Below, one piece after another: positions 37,201 through 45,371 of a stretch of DNA of 64,000 bases (positions within the stretch are counted from its first letter, which is position 1; every line of letters starts with the position of its first letter). The notes beneath the pieces are model-generated. The model was not told the DNA's origin and did no database searches. It saw only the letters and a program-made list of their open reading frames with translations. Where the stretch lies: positions 37,026 through 101,025 of the forward strand of contig CAKSHP010000004.1 in assembly GCA_934457145.1 (NCBI GenBank), given 5' to 3'. Origin of the DNA: an uncultured Clostridia bacterium (GTDB taxonomy: Bacteria; Bacillota; Clostridia; UBA1381; UMGS1253). The position numbers and the translations under genes are program-made.

Positions 37201-38418
37201 TTGTGCGTTGGTGTTTTCCAAAATATCGCGAAGAGTGTTTCCCTCATATATTTTGTAGTTATCTAAAATAATGTTTGCACCGCTTTGCGAGGGAAACATA
37301 TAAAACCTGAAAAGCGACATAGATGTCGGGCCGGACGAAAGAGGCGCCGCATTGCCAAGCTGTTTTTTGTTTAAATAAGGCGTTACCGTGTTTTCCAGAA
37401 GGTCGTATAAAAGCGCAATATTTGTTGTTTTTGAATTATTGTCAAGCTGAACGCTTTCTCCGTTTGAAAACTTTACAGTGCCGTTTTCAAACGACATACC
37501 GCCGAAAAACGAGTTTGAAAAATAGTCTTTACACTGTATTTCGCCTTTATACATTACATTTTTGTAACCAAGGTCAAATTCAAACACCATATATCTTTTT
37601 GCTTTGAATTCAAAATCTATGTGGCATGCGGAAGAATCATCTTGTGAAACAGCTTTTATATATCCGTTTGAATTTGAAAATTCAAGGGCAATTTTATTTG
37701 TTTTTTCATATATTTTAAGTCCGTTTTTTATATTTGTGTCTTTGCTGTTATAATCGTTTGAATAAAAAATTTCATCGCCGACAGTTTCGGTATCGCCTAA
37801 AATATCTGAAATGTTTTCGCGTTCGGCGGGGGTGGTGTCCGTGGCGCCGGCAATTGAAGTGGGGGAGCCTTTTAAACAGATTTGATCTATATAACACACT
37901 GCTCCCGGAGCAAAAGATGAGCGCCAGCCCGATGAGCGAAACGTTATGCTTGAAATTTTATTAAATCCTATGGGGTTTCTTGCCCGGGTTAAATCCTCGT
38001 ATTTAAATGAAAAATCGTTCCACTTTTTTGCCTCAAGCTCAAGGGAGGCATAGTAGTAGTCTGCGTCGGCGGTTGCCGGGTTATCGCTTTCAAGTATCAT
38101 AACGATTTTTGCGTTCTCGTCAGAGTTTAAGTAAACGGAAAATTCAATTTCGCTGTGTTTTGAAAAGTCCTCTGAAGAAGGAATAAATTTTGCGCAGTTT
38201 TTTTCGCCCGCCACAACTGCGGATAAATCCCACTTTGCGCTGTACTTTGCGGTGTTTTTGATTTTTTTGTCGGCTTCAAGTCCCGCTTTTGAAATTGCCG
38301 ATGTGTTTTTCATGTCAACAACAATTGTTTTTTCATCATTTTCGGCAAATGCGTTAATATTTGCAAAAGACAAAAGAATTGCCGCCGATATTATAATTGA
38401 TAGTATTTTTTTTAACAT
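34210..38418 (-). CDS. Large secreted heparinase II/III-like (polysaccharide lyase-type) protein with an N-terminal beta-sandwich + LamG-like + copper-amine-oxidase-N-like modules and a C-terminal F5/8 type C (discoidin/CBM32-like) domain
   Basis: 1402 aa with a signal peptide (ANINAFA/EN). Stalk motifs NRTLIPVRAVSEAFGCDVDY and NRAFLPLRALCEQI. The heparinase II/III signature is NHSHLDCGTFVVDIDGVRWAHDIGGD. The C-terminus has SRWAASGDGQWVTLDLGSAKPVNAVAIAV...YNFEISVSND. Confidence 0.75.
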   Translation of the reverse strand: MLKKILSIIISAAILLSFANINAFAENDEKTIVVDMKNTSAISKAGLEADKKIKNTAKYSAKWDLSAVVAGEKNCAKFIPSSEDFSKHSEIEFSVYLNSDENAKIVMILESDNPATADADYYYASLELEAKKWNDFSFKYEDLTRARNPIGFNKISSITFRSSGWRSSFAPGAVCYIDQICLKGSPTSIAGATDTTPAERENISDILGDTETVGDEIFYSNDYNSKDTNIKNGLKIYEKTNKIALEFSNSNGYIKAVSQDDSSACHIDFEFKAKRYMVFEFDLGYKNVMYKGEIQCKDYFSNSFFGGMSFENGTVKFSNGESVQLDNNSKTTNIALLYDLLENTVTPYLNKKQLGNAAPLSSGPTSMSLFRFYMFPSQSGANIILDNYKIYEGNTLRDILENTNAQDAPAIDLSDKQAVSLLKNNVALSIYSNYIYYNSEKHQTYGGAYIKDNRTLIPVRAVSEAFGCDVDYNFETQTITIDGKAKIKTGSKDIILPDGSTYTSDIAAEIKNNRAFLPLRALCEQILNKSVTWHDLGVIVIGDNEFNASEGEFKAISNYLLYDRPTDLQITNMLSEKQISHPRIMLSNSDIKSVLENCKKDESAKIWKQNLLSSADETLKKSLPVYDVSSGELLYTSRDVYERSKLLGMAYLLTNDKKYADNLFKVYNAAAKFPDWCPSHFLDVAEMTCAFAIGYDWLYDYLNDNQKKVMEDAIINLSLNCYYDVYYKKSDYGWWFGGNETNWNIVCNGSAVMGALAVFDKNPGLCSKIIQIALRDIESMMQSFYPDGAWMEGTMYFTYAASYLANTISTLDTCFSTDFGLSRAPGLSNAPYYAIASNGPTGINNFHDSSYSPLNTDTLFWFAKKFNDINIAAVRYEDLKTYSPTPLDILWYNPDCKDKTANVFKDYYFRGVEFVSMRENTADKNSAWLSYHAGNAQVNHSHLDCGTFVVDIDGVRWAHDIGGDSYSLKGYHDADKHYYRQRPEGHNLYVINPDSSAGQTPSKAFSPVTTLVSKPRGAYSVCDLTPAYKDNASSAIRGFMLSDDRRSATIRDEITLKKDNSVFYWFAHAKGDIQIVDKHTAILTNEGKQVKFMIDSNIPDYEFYVADASPLPTTPVYSGQASNSAYKKLCLKATASGSIYVSCKYIALDDPNANTKIENIPISDWTIPDGETESFSLPELDMIYINGAPCENFASDRTVYSVTKTSDSTDIPKVSVSAKDNISYKISEAQNFGDDTIIETSFKDSSLPYKKTYIVKTKILPRLSDVSGFKRLQVAAHFASEQPQEDHPASAVSDNNTDDQSRWAASGDGQWVTLDLGSAKPVNAVAIAVMNSLSRQYNFEISVSNDNTNFKTVIPKTQTALTGGMQIFDFAETQNVRYVRYTGYQNTENSWNSVTEFAALQK

Positions 38419-38584
38419 GTGTCCGTCCTCCGGGTATAATTGATTTTGTTATTTTAAGTATAGCATCAAAGCAAATTTTCGTCAATTTATATACGGCGTA
38501 AAGATAATTTTTGGCTACAAGCTCTTAAATTTTTGCAAAAAAAATAAATGCCTTAACTGAATAAGACATTTATTTTTATAAAAT

Positions 38585-39133
38585 TTATTTATTTTTTGCT
38601 ATTGACTTTTTTGTTATCGAAGAAAGCTTTCTTGAAACATAAAAATTATAAATCATAAGGAGTACGAACACAACCGCAACAATAATGCTTACAAGCCTAA
38701 AATTAAAATATATGTTTCGAAAAGGCTCTGTAATTTTTCTTATAATTCCGGAGGTGGACTCTATCGGCAAAAATATCGTCAGATACTTATGCAAATTCAC
38801 TATAAACGTGCCGATTGCAAAACCAAGCAGCATATGCGCATGATTTTTAACCAGCGACTTTTTTTCGGGATTTTTAACCTTTGCGGCCGCAAAGTAAAAT
38901 GCAGCGGAAGAAATCAAAAACACAAAAAACAGCACTATTAAAACAGTCCATGTCGGTTTAATAACCATTGTGTTTGTGCCCCGAAATCCGGTTGAAAATC
39001 TGTAAAAAATGAAAAGCAGCACAAAAGCCGTCAGTGTATATACAAAGTTAAGAACAATTCTGTTGCTCAGTTTTTCTTCATATCTTTCTTTTTCCTCAAT
39101 ACTTTTTATGTTTTTGAGATCTATTTTAAACAT
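38585..39133 (-). CDS. Hypothetical membrane protein (about 4 TM)
   Basis: 182 aa with a strong RBS (AAGGAGG) and four hydrophobic segments. No family recognised. Confidence 0.6.
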   Translation of the reverse strand: MFKIDLKNIKSIEEKERYEEKLSNRIVLNFVYTLTAFVLLFIFYRFSTGFRGTNTMVIKPTWTVLIVLFFVFLISSAAFYFAAAKVKNPEKKSLVKNHAHMLLGFAIGTFIVNLHKYLTIFLPIESTSGIIRKITEPFRNIYFNFRLVSIIVAVVFVLLMIYNFYVSRKLSSITKKSIAKNK

Positions 39134-39200
39134 TATTAAAAATTCCTCCTTAAGTGCAGTATATACAGTATATCACAAAAAAAATCGTTTGTCAAAAAAA

Positions 39201-39941
39201 TTATTTGTCAAATTCGTAATTAAGCATGGAAATGACCGCCGTTGAGGCAGTTTCCGTGCGGAGAATTCTTGTGCCGAGGGTTATTGTTTTTATGCCGAGG
39301 CGGTTGATGTAATCAATTTCACTGTCTGATATTCCGCCTTCGGGACCGATTAAAAACGCTGCATTTTCAATGCTTTTTTGCATTTTTAGATTTGTAAGAT
39401 ATGATTTTAAAGTTAAATTTTTTTCGTTTTCATAGCAAACAAAACAAGCGTCATAATTTTTTAAACGTTCTGCCGATTCGTTAAATGAGAGTGGCAGATT
39501 AATTTTGGGAATTATGCCGCGCATTGACTGTTTTGCGGCTGCCTCGCTCACGGCTTGCCAGCGGTCTGTTTTCTTTTTGGCATCTGCCTCGTTTTCAAGG
39601 CGGACAACGCATCTTGACATTATAACGGGATATATCTCATATGCTCCAAGCTCAACGCATTTTTGAATAATATAATCCATTTTAGAAGCCTTTGGCAGCG
39701 CCTGAAACACGCTTATTTTAATGCCTTCCTCGGATTTTGAAGTTTCTTTTGATAAAATATCCAATAAAACCTCCGACTTTGAAATATCCGATATACGGCA
39801 AAGGTAATCGGTTTTATTCATATCGCACACGGTGAGCGTGTCGCCCGTGTTCATGCGAAGCACTTTAAAAATGTGGCGCGCGTCGTCGCCGGTTATTTTT
39901 ATTTTATTATCTGAAATGTTATTGCAAAAAAACTTAGGCAT
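39201..39941 (-). CDS. rsmE: 16S rRNA (uracil1498-N3)-methyltransferase
   Basis: 246 aa with a PUA-like N-terminus and the C-terminal SPOUT motif LIGPEGGISDSE. It follows prmA, as in many Firmicutes. Confidence 0.85.
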   Translation of the reverse strand: MPKFFCNNISDNKIKITGDDARHIFKVLRMNTGDTLTVCDMNKTDYLCRISDISKSEVLLDILSKETSKSEEGIKISVFQALPKASKMDYIIQKCVELGAYEIYPVIMSRCVVRLENEADAKKKTDRWQAVSEAAAKQSMRGIIPKINLPLSFNESAERLKNYDACFVCYENEKNLTLKSYLTNLKMQKSIENAAFLIGPEGGISDSEIDYINRLGIKTITLGTRILRTETASTAVISMLNYEFDK

Positions 39942-39976
39942 AATAAAACGTCGGCCTTTCTGAAAACTTTTTTAAA

Positions 39977-40942
39977 TTACATTGCGGTAATTGATGCCCA
40001 TTCGCCCTTTTCCTGTATTGATAAAATTTTATATCCCGCATTTTGCAAAGCTGATTTAACATCTGCTATACGCTCTAAAATTATGCCGGAGCAGATAAAG
40101 TGTCCGCCGTCTTTTAAAACGCTTTTTGCCATGGGGGCAAGAGCAATTATAACATCTGCAACTATGTTTGCCAGAATAATATCATATTTTTCTTCTGACA
40201 AGAGATTTTTTATTTTGCTGTCGGTTAAAATATTTCCTGCGGCAGTTTTATATTTTGATATGTCAATGTTATTTTTTGCGGCATTTTCGGCTGCAATCTT
40301 TGCTGCGTTGGGATCAATGTCTATTGCAAGTGCATGGTCTGCGCCCAAAAGCATTGCAATAATCGAAAGTATGCCGCTGCCGCACCCGAGGTCTAAAACA
40401 GCGTCGCCATTTTTGATATATTTTTCTAAATTTTCAAGACAAAGCTGCGTGCTTTGATGAGTGCCTGTTCCGAAGCTCATGCCGGGGTTTATTGTAAACA
40501 CGGTTTTGCCTTCGGTGTTTTCGGCTTTTTCCCATTCGGGAACAATCATAATCTTTTCGCCGACGGTGAGCGGTTTATAATATTTTTTCCAGTTTTCCGA
40601 CCAGTCCTGTTCTGCAAGAGAGTCGCTTTTAATTGAAAGACTGCCGAAAAAATCTTCGCTATCGTCTGCTTTTAATTCGCCGAGCGCCGCGTTTATCATT
40701 GCAAGCTGTTCATGTCCGGAGGCATTGTCTGTTATATAAACTTTAACATATGTCGGAGAGGATTTTCTGAAAAGAAGCGAATCGTCAACATAGTCCCAAT
40801 ACTGCTTGCTGTTTTCCAAAAAATCGTTAAAATCGCCGGAGTCTTCAATTTCAAGCCCGGTTATGCCTATAGAATACATTTTCGCGCAAAGCGCCTCTAT
40901 TGCCTGAGGTTTTGTGTTTATTGAAAGTCTGAGCCAATTCAT
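39977..40942 (-). CDS. prmA: Ribosomal protein L11 methyltransferase
   Basis: 321 aa with GTGTHQSTQLCL and the SAM motif VLDLGCGSGILSI. Confidence 0.9.
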   Translation of the reverse strand: MNWLRLSINTKPQAIEALCAKMYSIGITGLEIEDSGDFNDFLENSKQYWDYVDDSLLFRKSSPTYVKVYITDNASGHEQLAMINAALGELKADDSEDFFGSLSIKSDSLAEQDWSENWKKYYKPLTVGEKIMIVPEWEKAENTEGKTVFTINPGMSFGTGTHQSTQLCLENLEKYIKNGDAVLDLGCGSGILSIIAMLLGADHALAIDIDPNAAKIAAENAAKNNIDISKYKTAAGNILTDSKIKNLLSEEKYDIILANIVADVIIALAPMAKSVLKDGGHFICSGIILERIADVKSALQNAGYKILSIQEKGEWASITAM

Positions 40943-40965
40943 AGTTTGTTAAACCTTTCGTGTAA

Positions 40966-42105
40966 TTATTTATGTGATTTGTAAAGTCCTAAAAGCTTAA
41001 AGTAGCCGGCTTGTTTTTCAAGCGTGGTTAAAAGCTTTAGTGTATTTTCGGTGCCGCCGTTTATTTCAAAGTCGACAAAGAAATTGAATTTGCTTAAATT
41101 GTCCGTCACGGGGCGGGATTCAAGCTTTAAAAGATTTATATTGCTGTTTGCAAATATCGAAAGATAGTTTGAAAGCGCTCCGTAGGTATGCGAAAGACCG
41201 AAAACAACGGAAACCTTATCAGGCTTAAACACAGAGGTTTTATCCTTTGAAACAATAATAAATCTTGTTGTGTTTGCGCTGCTGTTTGAAATATCTTTTT
41301 TTATTATTTCAAGATTATATGCCGTTTTTGCGCCGATGGATGCAATTGCCGCAACGGTTTTATCTTTTTTATCGCTGACCGTTTTTGCGCTCAGCGCAGT
41401 GTTTAAACATGGAGTTGTTTTGCAGTTTTCAAGTTTTGAAAGAAAATTTGAACACTGATAAAGCGCCTGGGGATGCGATATCACTTCGCGTATATCTTCT
41501 AAAGACGCGCCTTCGCAGCCTAAAAGCAAATGGTCGATTTTCAAATTATACTCGCCGACGATAAATAAATCGTATTTTAAAAGAAGGTCAAAAACCTCGC
41601 TTACCATGCCGGTTGAAAAATTCTCCAAAGGAAGCACACCGTATTTGCATTTTTCGGAGTTTACGGCTTTAAAAACGTCTTCAAAAGTGGATTCGGCGCA
41701 TAAATTCGCGTCACTGCCGAAAAAGGATTTTGTCGCCTGCTGGCTGTTTGCTCCGTTAATTCCCTGAAAGGCAATTTTTTCGTTTGTGGTCGCGGTTAAA
41801 TGAGCGGTCTGGCTTTGAGAAAGCTTTCTTTGATATTCTTTTGAATAGAGCATCATATCGTTTAAAAGCTTCACTGCCCAGTCGCAGTAGTTTTTGTTTT
41901 TTACCAAAGATTTAACGCCCTCAAGCTTTTGAGCCTCTCTTTTTGCGTCAAAAACGGGAAGCGAGTTTTTTATTTTATAGTCTGCAACCTCTTTTGAAAG
42001 GTCCATGCGTTTTTCAAAAAGTTCTATTATTTTTTTATCGGTATCGTTTATATCGTCTCTTACAACGCTTAAATCTCGCATATTAAAATCGGTAAGTCCT
42101 TTCAT
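40966..42105 (-). CDS. pheA: Bifunctional chorismate mutase / prephenate dehydratase
   Basis: 379 aa. An N-terminal type II chorismate mutase helix region (IDDTDKKIIELFEKRMDLS context) is followed by PDT motifs TTRFIIVS and ESRP, and a C-terminal ACT domain. Confidence 0.9.
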   Translation of the reverse strand: MKGLTDFNMRDLSVVRDDINDTDKKIIELFEKRMDLSKEVADYKIKNSLPVFDAKREAQKLEGVKSLVKNKNYCDWAVKLLNDMMLYSKEYQRKLSQSQTAHLTATTNEKIAFQGINGANSQQATKSFFGSDANLCAESTFEDVFKAVNSEKCKYGVLPLENFSTGMVSEVFDLLLKYDLFIVGEYNLKIDHLLLGCEGASLEDIREVISHPQALYQCSNFLSKLENCKTTPCLNTALSAKTVSDKKDKTVAAIASIGAKTAYNLEIIKKDISNSSANTTRFIIVSKDKTSVFKPDKVSVVFGLSHTYGALSNYLSIFANSNINLLKLESRPVTDNLSKFNFFVDFEINGGTENTLKLLTTLEKQAGYFKLLGLYKSHK

Positions 42106-42229
42106 TAAAATAATACTTATATAGTATAAACAAAACGAACCGATATGTCAATACAAAAGTTGAGCTTAAAGGACAAAAAAAGCAAAAGTTTTAAAAAAAT
42201 TAACAAATAGCGCTTTATTTTATTATGAT

Positions 42230-43012
42230 TTATTGCAAAAGAAAGTTTTTTCGTTTATATTCGCCGGGAGTTGCGTTGAGAAATTTTTTAAAAACGCGGT
42301 CAAAATAATATGCTGAAGAAAATCCGCACATAGAAGCAATTTTTGAAACGCCGAAATTGCTGCTTATTAAAAGCTGTTTTGCCAAATTCAGCCGAAGCGA
42401 GGTTATAAATTTTACGGGCGTTGTGTGGTATACGGCAAAGAATGTGCGCCTGAAATGCCCTTCGCTCATGTTAGCGGCATCGGCTAAATATTTTACGGTT
42501 AAAGAAGGGTCGGTATAGTTTAAATTGATAATTTTAACGGCTGCTTCAAGCTGTTTTTTTCTTATCGAGGGAATATAGCTGCATATTGAAGAAAAAACAA
42601 TTTTTGAATATATATCATAAAGTATGGATTTGCAGAGTATTTTGTCTGAAAAATTTCCGATTGTCCAGAGATTTAAAAACCGGTAAAATAAATTTTCGGT
42701 TTGGCTTTGGTTTTTGTAAACCGCATTTTCCATAACGGCATTTTTAAATTCAAACAAGAAATCTATAAATATAAAGCTGTAATCCGAAACGGTCACTTCT
42801 ATATCATAAGTGCTTTTATAAGCAAGATAGATTATATCTCCCGGCTCAATAAAATAGTCTTTGCCCGAAAATGTGTATTTTGCACTGCCCGATAAAACAT
42901 ATACGAAACAGTCGCTCTTTCGCTCGCTGCAGTGCGGAGCGGAAACGGGAAAGGTTGCTTTTGTTACCGAGAGGATTTTTTGTATGTTTAATTCGCTGTT
43001 TGTTATCTTCAT
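42230..43012 (-). CDS. AraC-family transcriptional regulator (cupin sensor + HTH), divergent from the glycyl-radical enzyme gene
   Basis: About 260 aa from the ATG at 43012 (RBS GGTGA). It has a cupin-like N-half and a C-terminal AraC HTH (GFSSAYYFDRVFKKFLNATPGEYR). Confidence 0.85.
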   Translation of the reverse strand: MKITNSELNIQKILSVTKATFPVSAPHCSERKSDCFVYVLSGSAKYTFSGKDYFIEPGDIIYLAYKSTYDIEVTVSDYSFIFIDFLFEFKNAVMENAVYKNQSQTENLFYRFLNLWTIGNFSDKILCKSILYDIYSKIVFSSICSYIPSIRKKQLEAAVKIINLNYTDPSLTVKYLADAANMSEGHFRRTFFAVYHTTPVKFITSLRLNLAKQLLISSNFGVSKIASMCGFSSAYYFDRVFKKFLNATPGEYKRKNFLLQ

Positions 43013-43122
43013 TTTTATCACCGAAATTATTTTATAATATTGAAAACCAAAAATCAAGGAAAAACAAAAAAATATGTTTGAAATGTATTATTTTGCTGTT
43101 TTGTGTATTTACAAAATACAAA

Positions 43123-43182
43123 GCAAATGATATTATATTTACGCAAATGATATTATATTTACGCAAATGATATTATATTTAC
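43123..43182 (+). repeat. Three perfect tandem copies of a 20-bp unit (GCAAATGATATTATATTTAC) immediately upstream of the GRE RBS
   Basis: The copies are at 43123-43142, 43143-43162 and 43163-43182, followed by GGAGG (43183-43187) and the ATG at 43195. Each unit contains an extended -10-like TGATATTAT. Confidence 0.95.
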
Positions 43183-43194
43183 GGAGGCGGTAAA

Positions 43195-45354
43195 ATGTTT
43201 GGTGAATTTGAAAAGTATAAATCAAATTTTAAAAATCAAGACGAAAAAAATAACGGACGCTTTGGCGAAGATGAAAAAACGCTTCGGCAAAACATTAGAA
43301 AAATAATAAACGAAAACTCTTCGGTTGCCGGGGCAAAGAAAGAGGCGATAAGATATATTTTATTAAATGCAAATGTCGATATAGCGGAAGAGGATATTTT
43401 TGCCGACAAAATCGAACATTTTGACATTATGAAAGATTTTCTAAACGAACGCATAGAACTTTTGAAACAAAAAGACGAAAGAAAAACCGCAGAAAAACAA
43501 AAACTGCTGGAGGATACCGGCTGTATCACGGCGGGATTTGATTTCGGGCATATCGGACCGGACTGGGACTTTTTAATGCAAAACGGAATTTCAAAAACGA
43601 TAGAGCGGCTTAAAGAGTTTAAACAAAAAAACAAAGATAAAAAAGAGTTTTATGATAGGTGCATAACCGTGTATGAAGCGATACAGTCGCTTTTTTATAA
43701 AATGGCAAAATGCGGCGAAAGCTTAAAAACAAAAAACGGCAGCTTTATTTCAGAAAACCTTAAAAGTCTTGCAAAAAATCCGCCGAAAACTCTTGTGCAG
43801 GCTATGAATCTTAGTTTGCTGATGTATGAAATATTAACAAATTTAGATAACACAACAGTGCGCTCGCTCGGCGGTTTGGATCATTTGTATTATCCGTTTT
43901 ACAAATCCGATCTTGAAAGCAAGCGTTTTACGGAAAAACAGCTTCGAAAATTTACGCGCCTGTTTTTAAAAAAACTCAGCGAAAAAAAAGCGATTGCGAA
44001 TATGCCGTTTTATATATGTTCGGCAGACCAAAACGGAAACGACATGACCAATCCTTATACAAAAGTTTTGATACAGGAGTATTTATCGCTTGATATATAC
44101 GATCCGAAATTTCATGTTATGTATCACAAAAATATTGATAAAGACATACCCGAGATGATTTTAAAAGCGATACGGGACGGAAAAAACAGCTTTGTTTTTA
44201 TAAATTCAGATACGGCGAAAAATGCGCTTGAAAAAATAGGGATAAGCAAAGAAGATGCAAAAAGAATAACCGTTTACGGCTGTTATGAAACGGCTGCCGA
44301 GGGCTGCGAAGTTGCCGCAACGTGCGGAGGATATGTTAATCTGGCAAAAGCAGTTGAGCTTGCAATGTTTAACGGCTGCGATGTTTTATCAAAAAAACAG
44401 ATAGCAATAAAAACAGGGGAAGATTTTGAAAGCTTTGATGAATTTTACGGAGCGGTTAAAAAGCAGATTGAATTTATGACAAACGCCGCAATGGATATAA
44501 ATACCGCATACGAAAAAGGATATGACAAGGTTTTTTCTTCGCCCGTGCTGTCTGCAACATACAAATGCAGCGTGCAGAGCGGAACCGATTTATATTTGGG
44601 CGGTGCAAAGTATAACAATACTTCAATTGTCGGCGCCGGAATTGCAACTCTTGTTGACAGCCTGGCTGCCGTGCGAAAGATTGTTTTTGAAGAAAAAAAG
44701 GTTACGCTCAGCGAGCTTAAAGAAATTCTTAAATCCGACTGGAAAGAAAGAGAAGACCTTTGCAATTACTGTTTAACAAAGCTTTCAAAATACGGAAACG
44801 ATTGCAGCGAGGCAGATATTTACGCTTGTGAAATAACAGAATTTTTCTCACGTCTCGTAAACGGCAAAAAGAACGGGCGCGGCGGAGTTTTTCGCAGCGG
44901 TTTGTTTTCTGTTGATATGAGGTTTGGTTTCGGCAAAAAACTTTGTGCAACGCCGAACGGAAGAAAAAGCGGCGAGCCGATTTCAAAAAATGCCGCGCCT
45001 TCGGACGGAGCGGACAAAAACGGCGTAACAGCATATTTAAACTCTATGCTGAAAATGGATTTTTCAAACTTTCCGGACGGATGCGTTGCAGATGTTGTTT
45101 TGCACTGTTCATCTGTTGAGGGAGATGACGGCATGCAGGCGTTTTTTGGGCTTTTGTATTCGTTTATGAAACGCGGAGGATTTGCAGTTCATTTTAATGT
45201 TTTAAGTCCGCAAAAGTTAAAAAAGGCGCAAAAAGAACCCGAAAAGTATAAAAATCTGCAAATCAGACTGTGCGGCTGGAATGTGCGCTTTACAGATTTG
45301 AGCAAAGAAGAACAGGACAGATTTATTTTGCAGTCGGAAAATGCTTATAATTAA
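43195..45354 (+). CDS. Glycyl-radical enzyme (PFL-like superfamily), short and divergent, substrate unknown
   Basis: 719 aa. The C-terminal glycyl-radical loop is QIRLCGWNVRFTDLSKEEQDRFI (compare PflB RVSGYAVRFNSLTKEQQ). The catalytic loop is VYGCYETAAEG (single Cys, Glu at +2). Confidence 0.85.
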   Translation: MFGEFEKYKSNFKNQDEKNNGRFGEDEKTLRQNIRKIINENSSVAGAKKEAIRYILLNANVDIAEEDIFADKIEHFDIMKDFLNERIELLKQKDERKTAEKQKLLEDTGCITAGFDFGHIGPDWDFLMQNGISKTIERLKEFKQKNKDKKEFYDRCITVYEAIQSLFYKMAKCGESLKTKNGSFISENLKSLAKNPPKTLVQAMNLSLLMYEILTNLDNTTVRSLGGLDHLYYPFYKSDLESKRFTEKQLRKFTRLFLKKLSEKKAIANMPFYICSADQNGNDMTNPYTKVLIQEYLSLDIYDPKFHVMYHKNIDKDIPEMILKAIRDGKNSFVFINSDTAKNALEKIGISKEDAKRITVYGCYETAAEGCEVAATCGGYVNLAKAVELAMFNGCDVLSKKQIAIKTGEDFESFDEFYGAVKKQIEFMTNAAMDINTAYEKGYDKVFSSPVLSATYKCSVQSGTDLYLGGAKYNNTSIVGAGIATLVDSLAAVRKIVFEEKKVTLSELKEILKSDWKEREDLCNYCLTKLSKYGNDCSEADIYACEITEFFSRLVNGKKNGRGGVFRSGLFSVDMRFGFGKKLCATPNGRKSGEPISKNAAPSDGADKNGVTAYLNSMLKMDFSNFPDGCVADVVLHCSSVEGDDGMQAFFGLLYSFMKRGGFAVHFNVLSPQKLKKAQKEPEKYKNLQIRLCGWNVRFTDLSKEEQDRFILQSENAYN

Positions 45355-45371
45355 GAGAAAGGACAATCGTT

